A DNA stretch of 64,000 bases, from NCBI GenBank assembly GCA_036172245.1, contig JAYWIR010000020.1, positions 620,001 to 684,000 on the forward strand, read 5' to 3'. Positions 10,941 through 22,812 of the stretch are shown here, one piece after another (position 1 is the stretch's first letter; each line of letters opens with the position of its first letter). The position numbers and the translations under genes were made by a program. The notes under the pieces are model-generated. The model was not told the origin of the DNA, did no database searches, and saw only the letters and a list, made by a program, of their open reading frames with translations. This DNA comes from Raillietiella orientalis (Eukaryota).

Positions 10941-13029
10941 TGCTACGATGCCACTTGTGCGCCTGCTTTTGTGTTTTGTATGGTGCCTAACAAAAGTGAC
11001 TATTTTGCAATTATATGAGCGAAAGTGCTCATTTCTGCCAAAGAATTAGATGATTACCTGTATTGTATGTTTGTGTTGCCCAATTTAAGAATGGTTTTCG
11101 TCTTGAAGATTTCCGAAGTTAGAGCTGTTGTTTTTTTAATGTTTCCAGTGATCACTGTGGCCCAGAAGGTGCATGTGCACCACAAGTGCATTTGTTTTTG
11201 GAATGCGCCTTGTAATCAGTGATAGGTAAACGTGAGAACCAGTTTTGTGTTTGTAACAGGCATGACCATTTGCTTATGGAATGAATGCCAAACAACGGTG
11301 CGAAACAATTCCTGCTCTTTGAAGTTTCAACGCTTCAACACGAGGAGTAGGATTTCCCGCCGAAAAATATTTCTTTTGCATGTTGAAACAGCAGAGGGGC
11401 ATCTTATCAGTTGATCTGTGTACGCGTGCATGCAATATCCCGCGCCTGTGACTCGATTTCTGGAGCAGCATCCCAATCGCATGTTCACTCATGAGTGGTT
11501 CACACGCAATATCCCGTGCATATCCGCATGCAGGCAGTTTTGCCCGCACAGTGCTTGGTATTAGATCCATTAATGAAAAATGATCGCTTCGCTGTAAGTA
11601 ACACATTTGTTGGTCGATGCATGGGAAGTTGAGTTCCGGCTTTCTGTACCAGCAGCATGCTTACACGTTTGCAAACATGTAAATATCGTTCTTTCGTGCA
11701 TGTTTGGGAAAGTTGGACTTGAGCAGGATTCCTGCTTTCAAGTCTTGATTCTAAGTCCTACTGGCTTCGGATCGTGTTTGCAATTGCAACAGCACAAAAG
11801 GGAGCTTATTGGAAATATTGCTCATTTAGAAAGACTTTCTCTACCCGAAGGCATTTTGTGCGCTTCACAAAATCGATAGGAAGGCACCTCGTGGATGTCA
11901 TTTCGTTTTAAATTTCAACCACGTATTGAACAGGGGTTTATCTCTTCGATAACCGTTGCTTGGAATCTTGTCTGTTATCCTGTCGCTGAGGAAGGGAACG
12001 ATTACCATGCAAGTTCTCCGTCCAAAGCTGCAGATTATAGTCCAATGGGAACACGAGGTCAAACTTGGGCATCGCCTTTGGAGTGGAGCCGAGACATGCT
12101 TCCTCAAGGTGGGGATCCCAAATTGCCCATCGTTGGCGGACTAGCTCCTTTTTTCTTTGCTTCCCCCCGCCCCGGAAAAAAGCTACATGAGAACAGGGTT
12201 CTGCTATGGTAATCCTCCGCTAGTTGTGATGGAAGAAGGAATTAGTCCCCTCTTCTGTATCCGAAAGTGGTGTTATGGCTGAGGCATAATGGGTGTCGCA
12301 GAGGCGTGTGAGGTGTTGAGAAATGAATTGCGAATAATTGCAGAAGACTCCCGAGTCATAGAGGATCTGTTCCAGTACGTATGAAGTGTGTCAGTTAGTA
12401 TAGTGTGTTCTGCGCCATGCGAGCAGTCGGAGTTGACTCGAGGATCGGTGCAAGAGCTCAGAAACCAACAGGACGAGTGAACTAATCGATTCGCAGAGCC
12501 TTCGGGTTGAGTAGATTAGTGACGTCCGGCTATGCCTTAGGTGTTCAGAGAATACGGAGGTAGTAAAATGTGAAGTATCAGTACAGCAGTGTGACGAGAG
12601 CAAATATCAGTTTTTGCTGCATCGTTGTCTGATGGAAATGCTGCTCCTTGAAAAATATACGCGTACATACTTGAAGAGAAAGTAGAAGGTAGAGAAAATT
12701 GCGGGACTGAAAGAGTGGAAATGGAATTCCGGTTTGTCAGATTGCTTTTTGCTGTGCATCGAACTTGTTCGGTAGACAAGGAGGCTCACAGGCAGCGACT
12801 GCAATGCGTTTTGCTCTTCGGTTGGCCTTTTGGGAGCAGCCACGACAGCAATACACTATCGCTTGCCTCGATTCGCCACTCGAAACTACACGAAGAACTG
12901 AAGAGAGCAAGCTCGCTGTCGGAACGAAGCAAGGTTGCATCTTCACGAAGAGCACTTCGAACGCACATCTGTCGCACATCCTAATCCATACGCGAGGTGA
13001 TGAAGGCGTCGTACGTGTGTGGAAACTTT

Positions 13030-15390
13030 GAAATTCAAAGCTTATGTCGGGTCAACCGCAGCAAAGCGAGGGGAGCCAGTGTACGATCCAAGGACACCCA
13101 GGGATAGACAGACTTTTTATTGTAGGAAAAGAACATTTTATTGGCACGTTTAAGTCGAAGATTCAGATGAATGCATTCGTCTCTAGAAAGTGAGAGTAGT
13201 CAGGAAGGATTCCGCCTATCGCATGGATCTCACGCCCTTTGAGGCGGAAGAAGTAGCCAGAATCCTGAACAGAACAGGGAACTTTCCCTTTGGGTCTGAT
13301 GGTATCACATTTTCAGGATGGAAACCTGTAGATCGAAACACGACGCCACCTTAGGATGAGGAAGATATCTGGATGATGGAAGCAAACGAAAACAATTTTA
13401 ATTGCTAATCATCTCCTCCAGAGGCTGAAGCACAAGAACGGAGACTGATTTCAGTTACAGAATGCATATGGTGATTATATGCGAAATGAGTTCTTTCTCA
13501 CTGTCATCCGATGTGGCCTATAAACGCTGGAAACATTTTTCCACATCATAAGAGCCTTCTTCTGTTCCACAGGGTACTCGAGCAAAAACTTCATTCTTCA
13601 AAACATTCTTCTGAATGAAGCTAAGAGAATTCCGAAAGATATTTGCATAGCTTTTATTGACCTAGCTGATACCTTGAGGTCCGTTCCCCATGAGCTTTTT
13701 TTTGCACCCGTCCCCTGAGCAAGAAAGGAATTCATAAACTTTTCCTGTCAGCAACTCCAGGGCATCTATCCAGTCGGATTCTAAATCGGCAAGAAACATT
13801 GAAATTTTAAAAGGAATGAAGCAGAAATTCCCAGTAAACTCAAGCTCTTCACGATATGGAATTCATCCTGAGCAAGTTAGCGGGATGAAAGCTGCCTTGT
13901 CTGCGCAGATGAGCTAATTTTTTGCAGAATCGGATTCATTGTGCACTCGACTCCTGATGCTAGAGTGTCCGTATGGGGAGGTTAAACTTGCTCCACAAAT
14001 GTGCTTCTTTGCGGTGGCACAACTAAGTGGAGCTGAAAACACTATATTCCCCATAAGTGAACAAGCCATGCCTTCACTTTTCAAGTTCATCAAGCGCATA
14101 ATTATTTAGTAAAAATTGGTCAGAAGAATTCCGACAGATCCATCCAAGCATTACCTGCTTGCTAAGGCAGTCAGTATTTTATTCGCTGCTATCTCCCCAT
14201 AAAAGAAATCGATGCCATGAGAATTTTCCATATCCCGTTTCCGGTGCATTACCAGAGGCTCAGAATGTTCATGAAGGAAGATTGGATTTCAACATCAGGA
14301 AACACATCAAGAAGTGCTTATCAGGGTAGCTAACGAGTAGCCACACTCCAGTCGGAAGAGAGGATGCCCTGGTTGCTCCAACCTATCAGATGAGGCCCAC
14401 AAGTCTGCAGTCGGGAGTGGTTTTAAGCTCTTTACATCACCAGATTCGGCGGCCAAGAATGTCGGTCACAGCTTTCAGCAAGTTAGTAGTCATCCCAGCG
14501 ATGGTGTAGTCTATGGATGGTAGGATGACATGCCTCTAGTGCACGAAAGCAACATGGATTTTTGATGGTAGAGAACCTAGTATTTCTCTGAGACATCTAA
14601 CCTTCACTCGTCATGTAAAAGAGGAGGCTCATTGCTGTCAAGAGTGCTCTCCACGTACAGAAGCATGGCTTTCCCCGACAGTAAAACATGACAAAGGCGA
14701 GCCCGTGTCCTGCATTTGTCACCGCTGTGCTTCCAATCATTTGCTTTTCAACTGTTATCACATGCAGTTCACGTGCCTTCACTCCTTACATGCACTTTGA
14801 TTAAAGCTCATGCAGTACGAGCAACACCCATTGAAAGCTACTTCAACTTCCTGTATGTGCAGAAATATTCAGTTTGAAAGGAGTCCCCTCAGCATACTGA
14901 CAGCCACTGCACGTACAACTTGCAAGTATTCACTCAAGGCCATGATAAAAAATAAAAGAATGACAGAAAACACAGAGAGTCAATTGCTTCTGATCAAACT
15001 ATCTCCGGAGTAGATTGCAGCCTCCGATCTGACTTTGCATTGCAATCATTGGTGAATGCGTGATCATCATCGACGTAGTCTGCGCTTTTGAGGACGACTT
15101 CACGGGTCTAGAAGAATTCAGAAAATCTTGGGAGCAAATACTGGAGTTTGTCATAGCACTTTGCTGATAAAAAAGTCCCCGTCTCGATACGAGCCATCGT
15201 CGAAGGATCCCGAGGTGCAGGTGATACGAGCAACGGCAATGTCTTCAAAGAGTTCGAAATCAAAGAGCCAAGCTGACAACCCGAGGAAGATGATATGCAG
15301 TAACATGCACCGCTCCATGTTCAGGAACTGGGATGTACGGGAACCATCGAATGGGTTACTGCATGTAAGCAACCTGCAAACAAAAAAAAT
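13030..15390 (+). mobile_element. Decayed R2-superfamily (NeSL/Utopia/R4-like) non-LTR retrotransposon with RT and restriction-like endonuclease
   Basis: Ordered motifs: IQSLCRVNRSKA (region -1), GSDGITFSGW, KISG*WKQTKTILI, RRLISV, KRIPKDICIAFIDLADTLRSVPHE (cf. AFLDL.NAFGSVPH), KGMKQ (cf. GVKQG), CLVCADELI (cf. LAYADDL), IIIDVVCAFE (RLE) and IRAIVEGSRGA (cf. P.VVGSLG.W). Short A-tract near 15385. Many stops and frameshifts; the 5' end may extend to ~11,900. Confidence 0.8.
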
Positions 15391-15549
15391 TCTCAGCTAT
15401 CACTGCTACAATAGCGAGGCTGTGGAAAATTGTGGAAATTATGGAAAATATCCTTACATTTCGTCAAAAATTTTACTGTAAACTTTATAATAACAGATAT
15501 GATAAAAAAGTGACTCTCGTCTTGTCTCTTGGAAACTGTCATCGTTTCC

Positions 15550-17400
15550 CGTAGGCAGTTCAGCATTGCAGCCAAAGCCGTGGTGCATGCATCGGCCGTT
15601 TTCCTCTGTTCTTTCATCATCTTCTAGAGGGACACTTCTGCATGAGGAAAGGGTCTGAATATTTCCTGCCTGAAGCTCGTCAGTAGCTTTCAGCTACAAG
15701 CAGATTCCGCTGCTAGGTGTTAAAACTCATGAGGAGTCTGACGATCCATCCATTGGCCTCCAGTAAGGAAGTAAGCTGCTTCAGGGGACACCCGAGATGC
15801 TTTGTCCATTTTTTGTTGCGTAGCAACAGTGACGCGTGTTTCTCCCTACCGGTCACTTCTTATGTGGTAAAAGGTGAGACGACAATGCTGTCTTTATACT
15901 CTCACCACGAAGTCCATCCTTTTGAAATGGAGCTGTTGCAGCATCCTCTGCAGAGTCATCCCCCCACATCTCTAAGTAGAGGTGCAATGTCCTTTAGGTG
16001 GACCTTGGGGCTGTTAGGCGCTTCTCATGATCTTCTTCCATCTGCTCTTCCCTCGTAGGGCACTGATGAAGCTGAAAATAGAGGCTAGAGCAAGAAGTAA
16101 AAAGGCGATTTCGTATTCTAGCCCGTCTTGTGAAGAATTTGCCGTCAAGGAATAGGAAGAGAGCCTTCCTGACCCTTTAGAAACAGCCAGACTACTTTCA
16201 TGCCGTGCAGAAGACACCCATAAACACTCCAAGTACTTGGAATTACCATCCACATGGATCTTCAGTGAAATCTAGTCTTTCCTAGTCGAATCAGTCGTAG
16301 CAACCGTGAACTCGTCCCTCGGAACATGCCTTCGAAGATGTACTGAAAGAACACTTGTGATTGACACTGAGATGGTCAGGGAAGATCGTCCGCGTTGTCT
16401 GTCAAGCTCGGCATGCAGGGACAAGAACTCGACAGGTTGATCGGTTCAACTTATGTCTTATCAATGGTTGGAAGCCGGAGAGAATAGAAGCAAGCGGTCT
16501 GGTTTCCTGACTCCCTTCCTCAGCTGCGTGCGATGCACTTAGCCGTTGAACCACGTTTGCATGCGCATTGCGCCCAGGGCGAGCTGAGGTAAACCAGCGG
16601 GGATTGCGGGAGGTCCAGCCTTCCTAGGAACTTCATAAGGACTTTTGGTGTTCATGCACTCAATGCACATTAACTGTAACTGCGAGAGCCCCTGATGTCT
16701 ACGCTTGCTTATGACGTCCCTGACCCTGACAATATGGGTCTTAGTCAAGTCTGCGGCTCTCCAGCATAATCCCATATCGAAACTTGAACCACTTCCTGGA
16801 ACAGGGTGGTGTGTCTGAGCCCACTAAACTGGATGGCGCGTTTTGTAGGAAGTTTGTCATCTGCAAAGAAGCACCGTCCACGGTTTCTCCGCCAGTTTGC
16901 CGTCTGTGTTTACCGAAGTAATCACGAACCAATAGCTCAACTTGCTGAGATTTCATTAGGGACTTCCGCAAGTTGAGCCGATTGTGGAGCCGGTTATTGA
17001 TTGTGGAACCGATCTGATCGAAAGGAGGCGGAACGGCTTATTTGTCTTCCGTTGATGTTAACACCATTAGGAAGGGCTTCGCAAGGCTAGTGCTTAATTT
17101 CTCCCTTGCTGTGGACAGAACGCCGTCTGGCAGCAGCTGCCACAGAACTTCTCTCTGAGCGAGTCTGGGAAGTCCGAACTCACCCATCATGCAAGTGGTC
17201 CAAACTTCCCATCTTCACATTTTATCAAAAGTCGGACGTCCAATTGTCAGCAGGGAACAAGTCCTGTACAAAAGTGCCGTTATTCCGGATCTCTTTTCCA
17301 AAGCTGGAGGAAGGAGATATGGGGCGATCTGGAGACGGAACTTTGATGCTGCGCGCTCACTCTGGCCCGTCTTCTAATTCATTGGCAGCAAAGCCGAAGA
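15550..17400 (-). mobile_element. Decayed L1/Tx1-like non-LTR retrotransposon ORF2 relic
   Basis: Minus-strand motifs in order: LWKRDP (post-endonuclease WK.N), SLVGSD (cf. SPG.DG), WFNG*...RKGVRKP..LLLF (cf. NG...RGVRQG.PLSPLLF), SLTDNADDL (cf. YADD), SKYLECL (cf. KYLG) and RDVGG (cf. ..GGLG). Boundaries approximate. Confidence 0.6.
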
Positions 17401-18158
17401 AGATATTTCGGAGCTCTTTTGAGAATAATCATTGAGCTTGCACATTACATAAAAAGTTATAAATGATTTTTGTTTTTCTTCAATAGATCCTACGACTTTG
17501 GTTCTGGTTTCGTTTTTGGGTTTACTTGTTTTCAGTATCATTCAAGACTTTGAAAGGGTTGAAATAGAATTACTAATGAATTCTGTACACTTCTAGAATA
17601 CAGTTCTTTAAATCATGCGATTTCCGGTTTTTTATTAGAATAACTGTTTCTACACTGAGAATGAAGACTATAATGCGTTCCAAACATTGAGTTATTGTAT
17701 GCTGTAATTGTATGCTTAATAGTATGTATATGTAATGCTAATACAAGTCAATTTCAAATGCTCTTAATTTTCAAGTGAGCTAAACTTAGAGCTGTTGAAT
17801 TATGTATCATGTAAGAACTCGAAATGATCCATTACAGCTTGCTTTTAGTTAGAAGAAATGAATCTGGGAGTTTTAGATATATCTGTTTATCTTAATTTCA
17901 TTTTTCCATTTGCGCAATACTACATCAGTGAATTAGAATTCAGTGTTCACTTCAGTATGAACACTTTGTTTACCTGTATCAGATGTCATATTCATATCAT
18001 CTCAGAATGAAACCACCTCTGAATCAGTTTACTTTTTCATGGTGCAATTTTTTTTTCTTCTCCAGAATAATGAGCCGTGAGCAGGTTGCATCCATTTGGG
18101 CTTTTTGCAAGTAATTTTCAAGAAGCATACCTGTGGTTGGATCAACGGAAGACGAGAG

Positions 18159-18197
18159 TTTATTCATGTGTGCAGTATCCCTGCACACATGAATAAA
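18159..18197. repeat. Perfect 17-bp inverted repeat with 5-nt spacer
   Basis: TTTATTCATGTGTGCAG-tatcc-CTGCACACATGAATAAA. Confidence 0.9.
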
Positions 18198-18399
18198 AGA
18201 CTTTACTGCTGTAATCCTACTGTCTAATTTCTTTCGGACCAACACAAACAAAGCTGCTGCTTTATTATGGATCTCGTACCATTGAAATGCACTTGGGAAA
18301 GAAAAATTCGTTTAGACCGAATTTTACTTTGGACCTAATTTTTATATTAAAAAAAAAAGGAATCGGAAAGGAGAGGAGGATTCTCCATGATTTTCACTA

Positions 18400-19150
18400 T
18401 CTTATTATCCTGTTGAAGGCTCATTGACAGGTGTTCATGCTGATACCCAAGATGTGTACCCAGTAAACGTCCTGTCCTGGATATCCTCTCACATCCACCT
18501 CTTGATGCTGCGTGGCTATGTTTCAGAGATTCTAGGTTCCCCGAGCTGCTCATCGTTCTTTAGACCCTAGTCTTCTAAAGAGAGTGACACTCATGCTCCT
18601 ATCCTAGCAGATCTCCTCTGTGGATAAATAAATGACACTTAATCCTATATTTAGTCTCTTTTCTTTGGCTTTGTTCTTCCAATGCTGCTGTTTTATGCTC
18701 AGATGGGCTGGCGATGTCGAGTGCGGTGACCCGACTTTCATTTTGGAACACTATCTCCATTCCGAGTGTCGAGTCGCTTCCCGGGATTAGTTGTTTCGAA
18801 GCTGCCACCTCCTCGCATTCTCCTTGAGCTGATTTTTTGATGGGGTCGGGCAGGTGGTCATGACCCTGGTTAATGAAGTTGGAATTCCACGCGCAATAAT
18901 CGATGATGTGAGTTGAAGACTCTTCTTACATAGAGAACTCTTATACTTCCATAGAGAAGCTCTGTACATTTGATCTACATAGCTTACCTTGAGCGCCACT
19001 CTCAGGGGGCAAATTATGTTGGATCGGTACAGCGTGCATGAAGCAGTAGCCGAGCAGGTGGTACTACTGCAAATATTGGGTCCTGAACACATTTCACTCA
19101 ATTTAATTTCAAACTCTACTATGATGACTTTTATTTTAAGACTTGGCAAC
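18400..19150 (-). mobile_element. Possible non-LTR retrotransposon C-terminal relic (Jockey/R1/I-like)
   Basis: LYRSNIICPL..SY (cf. LY.S.I.P.L.Y) and GNLESLKH (cf. C..ET..H knuckle); weak similarity only. Confidence 0.22.
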
Positions 19151-22100
19151 ACTGAAGATGTACCTGAATTTCTAATTGATGATTTTAATCATATAAGGGA
19201 AAAACTCTCTCGAAATCAAGATTAGCTTTATCTTTAATTGATCTTGTTGTATTTTAAGAGTGAAATATGCTTCCAACCTACCAAAAAAAGAAAACCTTCC
19301 TGAAAATTTATTAATGATTACTTCGAGAACGCAACCGCATACGCATTACCAAATAAACTGTTTTTCTTCGAAACATATGATAAAAAAGCTCTTGACAAGC
19401 ATGACTTCACTGTCAGCGAACTCGCGAGTTTGGTGAAGTGTCTATGAAAAAATTTAATAGATCACACCCATTCCTACAATAGACTTGACTGATGTAATGA
19501 TTTAGAATACTCGTCAATATCAAAAAAAACAACCATAATAGCAATAATTTTAATATATGTGTTCGTTGAAATCATTATATGGGCAGTTACTTGCATAAGA
19601 AGACAACTGGAACCGTAGACAGACTTTCTCAAAGCATACTTAGGACAAATAAACTAAGGGAGCTTGATTGCAAACAGAATCTCTGTGTTCAGCCATGAAG
19701 TATCTATCTATCTGTATGAGAGCTACGATCTTCCACTCAAAATGATTCACTAAAATACATTCTCGGGAATCAATTCATCTTGAAATTTAATCGAATTCCA
19801 CAGAAGCAGACAAGAAAATTCAGTACATTGCCTACAGGAAAGATGCCTCAGTCTGCCGAACATATAAGTGAACATGTGACCTGCTACAGTCCAATGCATG
19901 TTGACTAACTTTGTCATTTCTCTTGCAAATATATTTAATACATGGTAGTGACCTAAATTCACCAATCAAAAATAAACAAATTACTTATTATATTGGAAGT
20001 TTTGTGCATGATTCTCAGTTAATGTTTAAATATCTTGCCGTTTGAATAGAAAGATTGAAAAATTGGACTTCCATTCCTCGAAAAAACGCTTCCTCAAAGA
20101 CTCCTTCGAATCTATATATCTGCAAAGACATTTTTCATTAAGTAGGAGCTCCTCTGTTATTGGAGTTTCATGATAATCACGCTATATCAAAGATCCTGAT
20201 AAAATGTGGTTTCCTCTGAAGCTCTCCTGAGGAATTTTCTAAAATGCTTCAGAAATACAAGAACACGCTTTTTTCAGTTAATGAATTGTATTTGTAAGGT
20301 TACTTTACGGAAATTACCGTTACCATCCTAAACAATTACATACCTAATGAAATTGATGCCTTCAAGAGAGTGTATTCAAATATGTTGCAATACCAATTGT
20401 ACTAAATTTTCCCTCCGGAATTACTGTTAGACCGATGCCTGTAAGCTATTGAGTTTGACTCAGTTTTTGCTCTTTATGCATACAAACTTTTTTATAAGGG
20501 GTTAATTCAGTACTTTCCTTTACTTGTTCGAGAGTTATGGACGTAATTCTAACATATCCTATTATCTGTATTCAATACACATTTATGAACTCCTTAAATG
20601 TTGCTAACAATTATAAATTCATTTTTTGAATGCAGTAAAATGATTGATCAGTGTTTGAACTGATGCATTCAAAGGTTATCTGAAAACGAAAAAATCTGGG
20701 CACGTGTTTTCAAATGTATGCGTATTTTGCCCAAGCAGAAAAAGTATTAAATTCCTGCTTTTTTAGGATTGCTTATAATACATTTAATACTTGTTATTGG
20801 CAGTTTTATAACTATATTCTTGAATAGTTGTTTTGCTTTCTATAAATATTGTGTTTCTGTGATTCACTCTGATTCTGTTTTTTCCAAATAAGTTTTATTT
20901 GCTTATTATAGATGTCATACTCATTTGAAAAATCCAATAAATAGGTTTGCATTTTTCTAAAACACGGCAGGACTTCTCAAGGGTTTAATTAAAACCAGAA
21001 ATTAATTTCATTTCATTATTTACTTTTAATTTATGCACTTTCACCAAATCTTTTATAAGTTTAAACTCATCCTTTAACTATCCACTTTTTCTAGGAATTT
21101 TTTGCGAAGTCTGGAAAGACCATTTCAACCGTGTCAAACGAGTTTAAGACTATGAACCGAATTCTTTCAGAACTCTTTCAGCAGCTTCGTGTGCTTCGTA
21201 GCTAGAAATGCATTATCTTAAAGCAGTGTATTGAAAAGCAATATGTATCAACCCTCTTTGTTCCAAGAACCATTGAAAATATAAATACATTAGAGCCATT
21301 AAAGGAAACTGTGCATCTCGAAAATTTTATGAATTCTGAATGGCTTTGTGCGAGCCGAATATTTTGCTGCCTCTCTGAAATTGAAAGCTAATCCCAATGC
21401 AGTCGAAGATGACTATTCTCTGTAAAAAACTGAAATTCCCATGTCAGTTTAGAAAGCATCTATTTATTACATAATCAATTTTTCAGAAAAGTAGCAAATC
21501 AGGAGTTCATTATTGGTATCAAGCATGGATTTTTTTTTTTTTTTGGTCGGATATCTTTGCAATTGCTCTTTTTGCTTTTCTGTGCTCAACAGAGTGCAGT
21601 TGATTTCCCACAATTTTCAAGATAGATCAGCAGATCCAAAAAGCTTCCAAACTACAGCTTTAAGTGTTGCCTTTAATATGCCTAAAATGGACCATTCAAA
21701 TAATTATGAAACGCTTATGTAACTGTAGCATTTATAGAAAGCATTGTTGATTGAAAATCTCGATTTTTTGATGTGAGCAAAAGAATTTTCCTATTGAAGT
21801 TCCATAAGCTAGGATAGTGAATGTTTCATGGAGAAAATGGAGAAATAGAGAAAACTGATAATGAACGAAAGCAAATTGCCATTTTGTAGATGTGTTGTTT
21901 ATTTCGACAAACACAAAAAAAAAAAAAAGGACAGTTTTCCTATCGGATCTCAGGTCTAACCAAAAGAGTATTTTTTCTGCTTGCTTGTTTGAGACTATGA
22001 TGATTTTGTTTCCATATTGGATGATTAGTGGGCTGTTAGGTTAGGTTGTTTCCATTGCAGAACGTTTAGAGGTAGTAGAGGTAGATTTGCAACGCCGGAA

Positions 22101-22812
22101 TTCGGAAATGCAAGAGATGCTTCGGGATCTTGCCACCTATCTGGTTGATTGCATACGAGTAGGGAAGTTTTTTTAAAAAAATGCTTCTTTCCATCCGTGC
22201 TTTAATTAATGCTAGAAAACACTCTCTCAGGCTGTATGTGGAAGCTCGTGTTATTTCTCGGTTGTGCATAGAAATGCATACTCGAGCCGTCATATCCAGT
22301 TAAACACACAGACTGGTTTTCAATGGCTGTGTCTTATTTGGTATGTGGAGAACCATAAATGGATCGACCCCGAGACGAAATTTTTTTCAAACCGGCAGTA
22401 GAATCCGTGCAAATTGATTTTGGAAATCAAATCCTTGGGAACCTTCAGATTTGAAAACCGATTTGAAACTGAGAATTGTTTAGGAGGTTTTGCTGACGTT
22501 CTCTGTTGACGTGTATAAATGTGTTTCCAATCCCAAAGGAATCTCAATGCAATGTGAATACTTTCGAAATCAGCAATTCACGACTTTTCCCCGAAAACGA
22601 AATCAAGTCTTTACGCGTTGGGAAAGGTTCGAACTGCTTTCACGTGTGCAAATATACGATAGCTCTTCAGAAAGATAATGAGACCATTTGGGTTGAAAGT
22701 GCTTTTGTAGTAAGTGTGCTCTAAATGGTATCGGATAGGAAGTTGAAACAGATGTTCTTCAAAGAATGAAAATATGGGTTAAAAACGTTAATAACTGTGA
22801 TTGTGTTAAGGT

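Noticed and set aside
11402..11424. TCTTATCAGTT...ATCTG...TACG resembling U2 snRNA upstream of the NeSL/Utopia-like relic
   Set aside because: 11-nt core match, ~1.6 kb from the first recognisable element motif; compatible with chance
4930..17400. Two L1/Tx1 relics in inverted orientation around the dsRBD gene as a possible long dsRNA hairpin
   Set aside because: No nucleotide-level complementarity visible between them; they look like different, highly diverged families
19700..22300. Short peptides resembling RT (LCRYIDS) or integrase (QRRNSEMQEMLR)
   Set aside because: Single isolated motifs with no collinear support
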